DNA of 32,000 nucleotides from Candidatus Saccharimonadota bacterium (GTDB lineage Bacteria; Pseudomonadota; Alphaproteobacteria; CAJXXZ01; 1604HC): NCBI RefSeq assembly GCF_008189525.1, contig NZ_CP043314.1, positions 583,989 to 615,988 of the forward strand, read 5' to 3'. Shown piece by piece: positions 15,432 to 24,749 of this stretch (position 1 is its first letter; each line of letters starts with the position of its first letter). The notes under the pieces were generated by a model. It saw only the letters and a program-made list of their open reading frames with translations, ran no database searches and was not told where the DNA came from. The position numbers and the translations under genes were made by a program.

Positions 15432-17237
15432 TTAAATAAAGTTATCCTTGTTTTTATTTAATTTAGATCTTTTGTTTTTCAACATATATTTATAGATCTG
15501 ATCCCAGTTTCCATTGTTTTTCATATCGTGTTCTGTCTCTGGCTGTTCAATCATAATATATATTTCCTGATTCTTAACCCAATCCATAACAGAATCTTTA
15601 TCTACCTTATATCCATAATCTATGCCTATAGATAGTAATTTAAGTTCAGTAAGTGATGGCAGAGGAATAATTTTCTTGATCCAGTTTCCTATAAATAGCC
15701 TTTGCAAGTTTTTAGGAAGTTTTGACTCTACATCTTCCATGCTTGTCAACAAATTACCAACTGATCTTTTTTCAGATCCACCAAGATGTCTTCTTTGTGT
15801 GCTTCCTAAATCTAACACTTCTAATCTAGAGCACCCAGAAAAATCAGGCATTTCTTTCAATCTTGCATTTGGGATCCTTAACACTTCCAATCTAGGTAGA
15901 GATATATCTGTTTTTAAATATGTATCTGCCATAAATGATGCCACAACCAAATTTGTTAAGCTGTTAAAATTTTCATCTAGCTCTGCAGGAACATGAGCAT
16001 CTATTTCTTGTAGATTAGAGCACTTGCTAAATCCATTGCTATACTTTGTTTTTCTTGTTAGCTCTAAATGTCTTAGGTTTTGTAACCCAGATACAGAATT
16101 TGGAATCAATGCAAATCCATCTCCACTTCCATCTACATTAACGGATAATGATCCTAAGTTTTCCATATCTCCCATTTCATATGGCAAATTTATATCTTCC
16201 TTTGAATTCAAAGTTAGTTTTAACTGCAGTTTTTCTAACCCAGGTATCCATTTTAGATTCCTTAAAACATCCAAATCTTCATTTTGCTTATATTCCAATC
16301 TAAGTCTTAAGTCGATTAAATTAGTTGCAAGTCTTATTAATGGGCCAATTTGTTGGTTACATCTAAAGATTTCTACAGAAAATAAATTCAGTTCATCTAA
16401 TTCTTTAACTGTTTTTGGAGTTTCACTGTAATCTAATCCGTTATTTATGGATTTTATTCTATTAGTTGAAAACCATCTTGATATTGAATCTTTATCTACC
16501 CATTGTTCTACGTCATTTGTGGTGTTGTTCAAATATTCTATTTTACTATCCAATTCTTTTTTGCTTTTTACTTCTGGTCTAGACTTTTTGTCAACCATAT
16601 CCTTTGCATCAATATAATCATGATAATTAAAGTCATTAACTAAGCTATGCATATTAACTAGAAATGACATAGCAGTGTACAAGTTGTCTCTGGATAAATT
16701 TTTATGATAATCTTCCTCAGAGAATCCTTTTTCTTTTATTAAGCTTAGAACCAGGTTGTAATCTTCTTGATCTTCAGCTGACTCTGCTATTGATTCTACT
16801 CTATGCATTTTTTTGTAATAATTATCTTTAGTCATAAAATCGGATTCTGTTTCTATTATAAATTCCAATTCCATTAAAAGATTTACAACAAAAAACTTCA
16901 TTTCTGGATTTCTTCTTAAATCAGATGTATCAACATCATCTAAATCAAATTCTACATGATATGCATCCAAAACCTTTGCTGCTGTTCCATCCGGTTTTTG
17001 AGCATCTTTGTACTTAAAATGATAAAAACAACCATGTTCGTTAGGGGTGTCGTGTAGTTTAGGGATGTCAACCGTGTTTGTGTGTTGGGCTGTAAGTGCA
17101 AGCGTACACAGTTTCAGTATGTTCCTCATTTTGCTCATGGTGCTTGATTTGCTTGCCTTGTTCGTACTTCCGTTAGCGTTAGCACTCTGTTTTGCACTAG
17201 CTCCAGATGTAAATTTATCCAAATTACTTGTCATCAT
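15432..17237 (-). CDS. leucine-rich-repeat protein, island paralog 4 (diverged body, conserved head), immediately upstream of vgrG
   Basis: 601-aa ORF. The first ~75 aa and the 5' leader are almost identical to paralog 1. The remainder is only faintly similar (GFSEEDY vs GYSKEDY, ISRWFS vs LQRWYS, QIGPLIRLA vs RIGPIFQYA). The C-terminal LRRs are distinct (LQNLRHLELT, CSNLQEIDA, LTNLVVASF, LPRLEVLRIPNARLKEMPDFSGCSRLEVLDLGS). The stop lies 5 nt before the vgrG ATG. Confidence 0.8.
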   Translation of the reverse strand: MMTSNLDKFTSGASAKQSANANGSTNKASKSSTMSKMRNILKLCTLALTAQHTNTVDIPKLHDTPNEHGCFYHFKYKDAQKPDGTAAKVLDAYHVEFDLDDVDTSDLRRNPEMKFFVVNLLMELEFIIETESDFMTKDNYYKKMHRVESIAESAEDQEDYNLVLSLIKEKGFSEEDYHKNLSRDNLYTAMSFLVNMHSLVNDFNYHDYIDAKDMVDKKSRPEVKSKKELDSKIEYLNNTTNDVEQWVDKDSISRWFSTNRIKSINNGLDYSETPKTVKELDELNLFSVEIFRCNQQIGPLIRLATNLIDLRLRLEYKQNEDLDVLRNLKWIPGLEKLQLKLTLNSKEDINLPYEMGDMENLGSLSVNVDGSGDGFALIPNSVSGLQNLRHLELTRKTKYSNGFSKCSNLQEIDAHVPAELDENFNSLTNLVVASFMADTYLKTDISLPRLEVLRIPNARLKEMPDFSGCSRLEVLDLGSTQRRHLGGSEKRSVGNLLTSMEDVESKLPKNLQRLFIGNWIKKIIPLPSLTELKLLSIGIDYGYKVDKDSVMDWVKNQEIYIMIEQPETEHDMKNNGNWDQIYKYMLKNKRSKLNKNKDNFI

Positions 17238-17295
17238 CCCTCCTGAGATCTTGCAAAGAACTTACCAAAATATACTCTTATACGCAATGTTATGT
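17018..17295 (-). repeat. outer inverted repeat, right copy (leader + first ~74 codons of LRR4)
   Basis: See the left copy. Confidence 0.9.
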
Positions 17296-17359
17296 AAAAG
17301 AATGATGATTTGTAGATTAAAAATTACTTTAGATTATTTAGAGATTTGTTAGGAATGAG

Positions 17360-17431
17360 CTGAGGTACTAGGATTCGAACCTAGGAATGGCGGGATCAAA
17401 ACCCGCTGCCTTACCACTTGGCTATACCTCA
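17360..17431 (-). tRNA. tRNA-Gln (anticodon UUG); CCA not encoded
   Basis: The minus-strand read is TGAGGTATAGCCAAGTGGTAAGGCAGCGGGTTTTGATCCCGCCATTCCTAGGTTCGAATCCTAGTACCTCAG. It has a 7-bp acceptor stem with U1-A72, anticodon stem GCGGG/CCCGC, loop TT-TTG-AT and T-loop GGTTCGAATCC. It closely resembles E. coli tRNA-Gln. Confidence 0.92.
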
Positions 17432-17640
17432 ATTCAGATTAATAATACATCCAGTTTGTAATTATATCAATAATCGAGAAACACATCACAATCGGTTTTT
17501 TCAGCAGTCTTTACAAAGGTGAATACTCTATCACAACATTTAAAGCTTAACCCTAAGAAAAAATAACTCCAAATAATCAAACCTCGACTCTCCCTAGCAG
17601 TTATTGTCATTAGAAAAGCAAATCAATTATAATTTTATAA

Positions 17641-18450
17641 ATGAATAAGATAAAATCACTTAAAGTGGCTTCTTGGAACGTGAACTCAGTAAGAGTTAGA
17701 GCGCCACTTATAGAAAAATTAATTAAAGAAGAAGATCCAGATGTAATTCTGTTACAAGAAACAAAATGCGTAGATGCAGATTTTCCAAGAGAATTTTTCC
17801 AAGATAGAAGCTATGAGCATTTATATATAAGTGGTCAAAAATCTTACAACGGAGTAGCAATAATCTCCAAAATAAAAGCAGATAGCTATAGTACAGATCT
17901 AAAAAACAATACAGGATCTGAGGCCAGGTACATAGAAGCAGAAATATCTGGCCTTAGAATCGCATCAGCATATGTTCCTTGTGGAAACAAGTCAGATGAA
18001 GCATATGAATATAAAAAAGAATTTCTTTCAAATATAAATACACAAATGAAAGGATCTAAGTTTATAGTTGGAGGAGATTTTAATGTTGCAATCAATGATC
18101 TAGATATACAAACCCCAAAGAAATGGGAAGGAAGCGTACTTTGCAGAGATGATGTTAGAGAGAAAATGCATGATTTACAAAAAAGCAATTTTATAGATCA
18201 TGCAAAAACTCTAGAAGAAATGTATGATCCTAGCAAAAGCATAAATAAGGAAAATAGTAATACAAAAAGCAGGGATTCAAAAATGCCATTTACTTGGTGG
18301 GATTACAGAAGACCTAATGAAGGCTTGAGAATCGATTATATATTTACAAGCGAAATGAATAACGAATGTAACCTGGAAACACTTGCAGAGTATAGGTGGC
18401 TAGAAAGACCCAGCGATCACGTTCCGTTATTATTAGAAATAAAATTATAA
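17641..18450 (+). CDS. xthA: exodeoxyribonuclease III (AP endonuclease)
   Basis: VASWNVNSVRVR, LLQETK, an FTWWDYR-type segment and the C-terminal SDHVPLLLE are all characteristic of the Xth/EEP family. Confidence 0.9.
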   Translation: MNKIKSLKVASWNVNSVRVRAPLIEKLIKEEDPDVILLQETKCVDADFPREFFQDRSYEHLYISGQKSYNGVAIISKIKADSYSTDLKNNTGSEARYIEAEISGLRIASAYVPCGNKSDEAYEYKKEFLSNINTQMKGSKFIVGGDFNVAINDLDIQTPKKWEGSVLCRDDVREKMHDLQKSNFIDHAKTLEEMYDPSKSINKENSNTKSRDSKMPFTWWDYRRPNEGLRIDYIFTSEMNNECNLETLAEYRWLERPSDHVPLLLEIKL

Positions 18451-18490
18451 ACACTCCAAAATATAAACAAAAAATCTCAACAAATATCCT

Positions 18491-18512
18491 TGCTATTACA
18501 CTGCTATTACAC
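18491..18512. repeat. perfect 11-bp tandem duplication (TGCTATTACAC x2) in the xthA-dnaQ intergenic region
   Basis: Read directly: ccTTGCTATTACACTGCTATTACACattg. Confidence 0.8.
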
Positions 18513-18593
18513 ATTGCCATGTTTGCATATTTTTTATATAAATACTCTTCTTATATAATTTAAGACCATAATTACTTATAATGAATTTAATAA

Positions 18594-19307
18594 ATGAATT
18601 TAGGTATGGAAAGCAAGATTGAAAAATCGAATCAGAAATCAAAGCAAGATATAATAATTCTCGATACTGAAACTACAGGATTAGATCCTCAAAAAGATAA
18701 AATTATAGAAATAGGTTGTGTGAAAATATCTGACAGAAAAATAAGCACAGATAGTTTTCAGGTTTTTATAAACCCAGGAATTGAAATATCAGAAGAATCA
18801 CAAAACATTCACGGGATTACAAATGAATTTATAAAGGACAAACCAAAGTTCGAAAGCGTATATTCTGAATTTTCTAATTTTATAAAAGATTCTATTTTAG
18901 TAGCCCATAATGCTAGTTTCGATATGAGTTTCTTAAATGCAGAAATAAAAAGACTCAAGCACCCTATTCTGAAAAATGAAGTAATAGATACATTAAAAGT
19001 AGCTAGGAAAAAGTTTCCTGGATCTCCTGCAAACTTAAATGCCTTAGCAAAAAGATTTAATATTTCACTACATGAACGTGATTTACACGGAGCACTTATC
19101 GATGCAAACATATTGGCTAAAGTGTATTTATGCCTGACAAAACCAATTGCCTCATCCCTATTTGCAGAACAAACCACAACTAAAGAAGTTAAAGAAACAA
19201 AATATAGCTATACAAAACATAAACTAACAATAAGCAATGAAGAGAAAAATCTCCATTTGGATTCTCTGAAAATTATTAATGCTGAATCGGATAAATGGGA
19301 AGTATGA
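18594..19307 (+). CDS. dnaQ: DNA polymerase III subunit epsilon (3'-5' proofreading exonuclease)
   Basis: Exo I is IILDTETTGLDP, Exo II is VAHNASFDMSFLN and Exo III is HGALIDANILAKVYL. Confidence 0.9.
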   Translation: MNLGMESKIEKSNQKSKQDIIILDTETTGLDPQKDKIIEIGCVKISDRKISTDSFQVFINPGIEISEESQNIHGITNEFIKDKPKFESVYSEFSNFIKDSILVAHNASFDMSFLNAEIKRLKHPILKNEVIDTLKVARKKFPGSPANLNALAKRFNISLHERDLHGALIDANILAKVYLCLTKPIASSLFAEQTTTKEVKETKYSYTKHKLTISNEEKNLHLDSLKIINAESDKWEV

Positions 19308-20539
19308 ATATATTAAATGCTCCTGTGTATTCACTAAATTACTACAATATTGATGAACTGCTAAAACGTGAAAATCAAACTGAATCCGAAAATAATATAG
19401 ATACAAATGATACGCAAATAGAAAACGCAAAAGAATGCGAAGCAAATCTTAAAGAAGTAAATACAAATGATATAAGCAATGATGATATAAAAAATATAAA
19501 TATAACATTTTTACAAAATAAATCAGAGTTACTTCAAGCCTGTCAGTTCATTAAAACAATCATTGAGAATCAAACTGATTTGGTTGTGGCATTTGATACA
19601 GAATTTTACAGAAGAAAAACATATTGGCCAATACTTTGTCTCATACAAATTAGAATAAAAGATTTCGTTTTCATAATAGACTGTCAGGAAATATCAATAA
19701 AAGGAACATTTTTAGAAGAAATATTCTCTAATGAAGATATAGTAAAAGTTTGTCATGCTTGTGAACAAGATATAGCAATACTACAAAGCGAAAACATAGA
19801 GATTAATAATTGCTTTGACAGTCAAGTAGGAGCTATGTTCGTCAAATTCGGACATGCAATTTCTTACCAAGATTTAATAGACAAAATCCTGAATGTTAAA
19901 ATCAAAAAAGAATTCCAAGATAGTAATTGGAATTTAAGACCTATACCACAGCATTTAATAGAATATGCAGCTAAAGATGTAATATATTTGTATGATTGTT
20001 TTACAAAGTTGAAGAAAACTTTAAATAGCTTGGGTAGATTTAGTTGGGCTATGTCAGAAACAGAACGTAAAATAAATACAAGAGGAAAAAACAAAACTAG
20101 ATTACATAAATGGAGAGATACAATTGCTGAAGAGAAAAACATACCTCCATCTTGGCTAATAGATAATAAAGTTATGCATTCTTTATGCTGTTTAAGTAAT
20201 CCTTGTCTAGATAGTGTGAAAAAATTACTCCCTAAAAAACTACATACTGATCTGCCTCATGTGCTAGAAATACTAAAAGCTATGCCGAAAAATAAAAGCA
20301 ATATAGATATAACAAAAAGTTCTGTGATTTCTCTGGTTGTAAGAATAATATCCAATGAAGAGCTAATACCCCCAAGCTTGATATGTGATTCTGAAACAAT
20401 AAGATACATATCTTGTCATATGAAAGTTCCTGAACATCTTACAGGCTGGAGGTACGAAATTTTCGGAAAGAAGATAGAAACTTTCCTAAAAGGAAAATCC
20501 AAAATAGGAATGAAATACAATAGATTAGTAATAAAATAA
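19304..20539 (+). CDS. rnd: ribonuclease D (DEDDy 3'-5' exonuclease + HRDC-like C-terminal region)
   Basis: VVAFDTEF (Exo I), VKVCHACEQDIAIL (Exo II) and EYAAKDVIYLY (Exo III, Y type). The ATG at 19304 forms an ATGA overlap with the dnaQ stop. The ORF track's ATG at 19295 is an alternative start. Confidence 0.8.
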   Translation: MNILNAPVYSLNYYNIDELLKRENQTESENNIDTNDTQIENAKECEANLKEVNTNDISNDDIKNINITFLQNKSELLQACQFIKTIIENQTDLVVAFDTEFYRRKTYWPILCLIQIRIKDFVFIIDCQEISIKGTFLEEIFSNEDIVKVCHACEQDIAILQSENIEINNCFDSQVGAMFVKFGHAISYQDLIDKILNVKIKKEFQDSNWNLRPIPQHLIEYAAKDVIYLYDCFTKLKKTLNSLGRFSWAMSETERKINTRGKNKTRLHKWRDTIAEEKNIPPSWLIDNKVMHSLCCLSNPCLDSVKKLLPKKLHTDLPHVLEILKAMPKNKSNIDITKSSVISLVVRIISNEELIPPSLICDSETIRYISCHMKVPEHLTGWRYEIFGKKIETFLKGKSKIGMKYNRLVIK

Positions 20540-20676
20540 ATGAAAGTTGATAATCAAATCTAATTATTTCTAACTATTTAATAATTCGATAGAAGTTAAG
20601 TTAAACCAATATAACCTATAAATATAACCTAAGAACTATATAGTATCTTGGATACCACTATTAATTGCTTTACTAA

Positions 20677-21447
20677 TTATTTCAAGTCATAACCCAAAAC
20701 ATTATTCTCTACCAAAAAAGGAATAGTTGGAGCCCTATGTTTTTGCAAGCAGAGTTCATGTACTTTTAATACGAACTCGTTAACAGATTCATAAGATTTA
20801 CAAATCCTGTATAATGCAAATCTACAAAACTCATTTGAAACATTCAAACTATAATCAGAAAATCTTTTAATCATAACAGTTTTCAAAATATCTAGATCTG
20901 GGGTATCTATGGAAACAAGGTTAATAGATTTCAGTCTTGAAGATAAATCTGGGATAAATTCATTTATCACTTCCGGGTTTTCAAAAACCCACAATACAGG
21001 TATTGCGTTTGCATTCGCATGAAAAAAAATCTCAAACATTTCTTCTTCTTTGTAAATATTATTGTTTCTAATTATCAAAGGAGATATTCTATCCCACTTT
21101 TCATATGTAGTACTACAAGCATTATTAAATAAATGTAAAGTCTTGTTATCGGAAAACATACATTCGTACAGCTCTACATCAAATGAATTTATATCAAAAT
21201 GTTTTTTATAAGAGGAATTTTCATCACATTCAATATGATTAAATATACTTTTATCTTTATAATTCTGGAAAAGTTTAGCAAGCCAAACAAAAGATATATG
21301 CCTCTTTCCAGATTTACGTGGACCAATCAATAAAGTTTGATTATAGATTTTCTCACTGTTAATCCATTTACACACTGAGCTATTAGAATCATTAAACGAA
21401 AAATTATTATAACTATATTTCTCAACCCATTTTAATTCTAAAATCAT
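20677..21447 (-). CDS. hdaA: DnaA-related regulatory protein HdaA-like (degenerate P-loop)
   Basis: LLIGPRKSGKRHISFVW sits at the Walker A position. The Hda-type C-terminal half is present: IPDLSSRLKSINLVSIDTPDLDILKTVMIKRFSDYSLNVSNEFCRFALYRICKSYESVNEFV..L......HRAPTIPFLVENNVL. Confidence 0.7.
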   Translation of the reverse strand: MILELKWVEKYSYNNFSFNDSNSSVCKWINSEKIYNQTLLIGPRKSGKRHISFVWLAKLFQNYKDKSIFNHIECDENSSYKKHFDINSFDVELYECMFSDNKTLHLFNNACSTTYEKWDRISPLIIRNNNIYKEEEMFEIFFHANANAIPVLWVFENPEVINEFIPDLSSRLKSINLVSIDTPDLDILKTVMIKRFSDYSLNVSNEFCRFALYRICKSYESVNEFVLKVHELCLQKHRAPTIPFLVENNVLGYDLK

Positions 21448-21612
21448 ATTTACTAGAAAACCTTCATACTAATAATAGCAGCAATAATTATTTTAACCAT
21501 TATGCTGTTTATTTAATATTATTTGTTTAAGTAATAAATATCTATTTCGTATCTAAATCTAAATACATTATATTTTATGTGATTTCTATATATTTTCTAG
21601 AAATTCATATTA

Positions 21613-22590
21613 TTATGCTATTTTATCTCTTTTTTGAGACCATGTCTTAAGAACCACTGCTAAAATAACTGATAAAGGAACTGATAAAATAACTCCTAGG
21701 ATTCCTAATAATTTTCCGAACACAAGGAAGGATATTATCAAAAACAAAGGATGAATACCTGTTCTCCTACCTATAAAGGAAGGTATTAGAACTGTATTTT
21801 CCAAGAAAAATCCTACAAAAGTAATAATAAATATTGCTATGGATCTTTGACAAAATAAATTGCCTCCAGCTATCAAGACACTAACTATTACACAAAAGGA
21901 AATCATATCCCCTACATAAGGCAATATAGCCAAAAGCCCAAATAACAACGAAATGAAAAATACAAAAGGCACATTCATTAAGTTGAAGAATATAAAATAA
22001 AATATAAACAAGCACAGCGTGACAATCATCTGCCCATAAATCCAACTCCTTAAGGAATTGTTTATGTCTTGGATCAAAGTATTTATTATCACTTTCTTAG
22101 ACTCTGAAAAAATAGATAGTATTCTTTCTGTCCATAATCCCCAATCTCTTAATATATAAAATATAGTCATAGTCAAACCAAATCCTTGGAATATTATATT
22201 CAGAAAATCATATCCATAGTTAGATACAAGTATAAAAACCTTATCTAAAAACTTCTTTCTGTTAAATATAGACTCTATTCTGGAATATACATCTGATGAA
22301 TAATTAGTCATCCAAGAATGCTCTTTTAGATAAATAACATATTTTTCAAACATTTTTACAAATTCTATACCTTGTATATAAAGCTTAGGAACTAGAATTA
22401 TTATCGAGTAAACAAGCATGCAAAAAACTAAGAAAGTCACAATGAATGATGAGAAAAACCTACCAAACCCTAGTCTCATCAAAAAGTCGAAACAAGGAGA
22501 CAGTATATAAGCTATTATAAAGGCCAAGAATACAAAGCTAATTATATTTAGGAAGTAAGAAAATATTATAATATAACTTATACTAGTCAT
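21613..22590 (-). CDS. AI-2E family transporter (PerM/UPF0118 permease)
   Basis: Polytopic membrane protein of 325 aa. The LAILPYVGDMISF motif resembles the conserved iPy(i/v)G segment of UPF0118 proteins. The start overlaps the pgsA stop by 8 nt. Confidence 0.65.
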   Translation of the reverse strand: MTSISYIIIFSYFLNIISFVFLAFIIAYILSPCFDFLMRLGFGRFFSSFIVTFLVFCMLVYSIIILVPKLYIQGIEFVKMFEKYVIYLKEHSWMTNYSSDVYSRIESIFNRKKFLDKVFILVSNYGYDFLNIIFQGFGLTMTIFYILRDWGLWTERILSIFSESKKVIINTLIQDINNSLRSWIYGQMIVTLCLFIFYFIFFNLMNVPFVFFISLLFGLLAILPYVGDMISFCVIVSVLIAGGNLFCQRSIAIFIITFVGFFLENTVLIPSFIGRRTGIHPLFLIISFLVFGKLLGILGVILSVPLSVILAVVLKTWSQKRDKIA

Positions 22591-23137
22591 TTTTAGAATC
22601 TCTGTATAAATGTTTTTTAGCTACCATTAACTTAGCTTTTTTTTGTGTTAAGAAATTTTTCCAATACACATAAGTACTTACTGACATAGAAAGAACATAT
22701 ACAAAACATGCTAAATTTAAGTAAAGAGGGTCTGCATTATTTATAGCTAAAAACGATACTAAAGCAATCATAGTTCCAGTTATCTTGCCACATATGTTTG
22801 CTTTGAAATCGAAATGCTTCTTTAAATACAAGGCAACTATAACCACATACACTGAATACTGTATAGAAACTAAGTAGAAAAACCACTGCTCAAGTATGCC
22901 AGCCATATATAATTTGATTAATACTAATCCAAAGAAAGTTTTATCAGCCAAAGGATCTAAAACTTCTCCTGCACGACTTTGAAAATTGAATTTTCTGGCT
23001 ATATACCCATCTATCAAATCAGTAAATAAAGCTATATAAAACAATACTTTTGAAAGAAAGCTAGGAAATGTAAAAAAGAATGCAAATCCTATAAAAACTC
23101 TAACAACACTTAAAAAATTTGGAACCTGTCTCATCAT
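22583..23137 (-). CDS. pgsA: CDP-diacylglycerol--glycerol-3-phosphate 3-phosphatidyltransferase
   Basis: A perfect CDP-alcohol phosphatidyltransferase motif, D-G-x2-A-R-x8-G-x3-D-x3-D, is present in DLIDGYIARKFNFQSRAGEVLDPLADK. The size and TM pattern fit PgsA. I prefer the ATG at 23137 (MMRQVPNFLS) over the TTG at 23170 used by the ORF track. Confidence 0.82.
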   Translation of the reverse strand: MMRQVPNFLSVVRVFIGFAFFFTFPSFLSKVLFYIALFTDLIDGYIARKFNFQSRAGEVLDPLADKTFFGLVLIKLYMAGILEQWFFYLVSIQYSVYVVIVALYLKKHFDFKANICGKITGTMIALVSFLAINNADPLYLNLACFVYVLSMSVSTYVYWKNFLTQKKAKLMVAKKHLYRDSKND

Positions 23138-23363
23138 ATTCTCGTAAATATAACATAAAAAAGCATTCAAAAAAAATCGTAATCACTTATAATTGCGAAT
23201 AGTTACAAATACCCTATAAAACAATAAATTCACTTAGGTTAAGCTTGCAAATATTGTAATAAGGGGAGTTCTAAGTAAATATTTTTTTATTTAAATTGAA
23301 CTAATTTTAACTAATTTGAAGGAAACAAATCACTTACTAATTATTGAAAACTTTAAAAAGCAT

Positions 23364-23768
23364 TCAATTAGAAAAGAAAAAATTCAATTCTCTTTCTGCA
23401 CTTTCTGTAGAATCAGAACCATGAACTGCGTTATTATCTATGGAATCTCCATACATTTTCCTTATAGTTCCTGCTTCTGCTTCAGATGGATTTGTAGCTC
23501 CCATTACTTCTCTGTTCTTAAGTATAGCTCCTTCTCCTTCTAGACACATAGCAACTATAGGACCAGAACACATGAACTCACAAAGACCATTAAAGAAAGG
23601 CCTTGCAGCGTGCTCTTTGTAAAACTCTCTTGCTTCTTCCATGCTCAGTTTTAACATTTTGATATCGGATATAGTGAATCCGTTTGTTTCAAATATATTT
23701 ATAATATTACCTATAGCTTTTTTCTTTACAGCATCTGGTTTGATTATTGACAACGTCTTTTGGTACAT
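23364..23768 (-). CDS. ndk: nucleoside-diphosphate kinase
   Basis: [26 protein letters not shown] and the active-site NAVHGSDS. Confidence 0.95.
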   Translation of the reverse strand: MYQKTLSIIKPDAVKKKAIGNIINIFETNGFTISDIKMLKLSMEEAREFYKEHAARPFFNGLCEFMCSGPIVAMCLEGEGAILKNREVMGATNPSEAEAGTIRKMYGDSIDNNAVHGSDSTESAERELNFFFSN

Positions 23769-23972
23769 AAAATTATTTTATATCTTTATAAAAATAAATC
23801 AAATACGAATCTTAACTTCTTGTACTAATTAACTTGCATAATTTATTGATAGGCTCTCAATTAAATCAATAGAAAAAATTACGCGATCAATATGAAGTGC
23901 TTGGATATATTCAATAAATTTAGTAAGTGCATTAAATTGAAATCACTTAAAGCCAGATCGTAAAATAAATTT

Positions 23973-24602
23973 ATGCAATGTAAAGAAAAAATATACTTAT
24001 GTAATTTAGATTTGACAGAAGAAGAGAAAAGTAAATGTAAAAAGGATAAGTTAAAACAAACTTGTTTAGACGAAACTTCTCAAAATCCGAAGTTTTTAAA
24101 AGCCATAAAAAAAACACTTCAGTTTGAAGGAGGATATGTGAATAATCCTAAAGATCCAGGAATGGAAACTAACTTTGGAATTACAAAGAAATATTATCCT
24201 GACTTAAATATAAAAGAACTTACAATAAAAGAAGCAGGGGAAATATACTTCCATGATTACTGGTTAAAAAACAATCTCCACATTATACAAAATGCAACTA
24301 TAGCAGGAAAATTATTTGATATAGCAGTAAATAGTGGATTTGGATCTATGATAAGGATATTAAGAAAATCTACACAAAGTATGTTATTTCCCAATCAATC
24401 TAACAACCAAGAATTATCCACTCAGTGTTATTTACATATATACGGGCGCATAAATACATTACAAAATGTAGATTGTAAGAACCTGTTTGAAGAAATAAAA
24501 AACTTCAGGAGAAACTACTATCTCGCTCTAACAAAAAGAAATAATAAATTAAACATATTCCTAAAGGGCTGGTTAAGGCGTAATGACTCTTTTATTTGGT
24601 AA
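23973..24602 (+). CDS. glycoside hydrolase family 108-type muramidase / 'secretion activator' protein
   Basis: TLQFEGGYVNNPKDPGMETNFGITKKYYP matches the GH108 N-terminal catalytic signature (EGGYvnhp.D.GG.T..GIT). It is preceded by a ~45-aa Cys/Lys-rich extension. Confidence 0.75.
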   Translation: MQCKEKIYLCNLDLTEEEKSKCKKDKLKQTCLDETSQNPKFLKAIKKTLQFEGGYVNNPKDPGMETNFGITKKYYPDLNIKELTIKEAGEIYFHDYWLKNNLHIIQNATIAGKLFDIAVNSGFGSMIRILRKSTQSMLFPNQSNNQELSTQCYLHIYGRINTLQNVDCKNLFEEIKNFRRNYYLALTKRNNKLNIFLKGWLRRNDSFIW

Positions 24603-24749
24603 ATATAACAACACAACAATTCATACATAAATAATTAAATAATTTCAGGAAAGCATTACACCTCCCCAAGTAAAAAGTAAAAAAATTAATTTTAATTTAT
24701 TAATTCATTTTCTGAGAAAATTTCTATAAATAAATCTACACTCTTTTTA

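Larger units (their letters stand above)
5448..17295. other. accessory island between rpoZ and tRNA-Gln: two convergent LRR-protein -> vgrG modules bounded by inverted repeats
   Basis: Housekeeping genes lie on both flanks. The interior consists only of paralogous LRR genes, vgrG, a vgrG fragment and a MORN-like gene. Inverted repeats at 5448-5727/17018-17295 and at 11489-12113/14722-15346 tie the two arms together. tRNA-Gln abuts the right edge. Confidence 0.7.
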
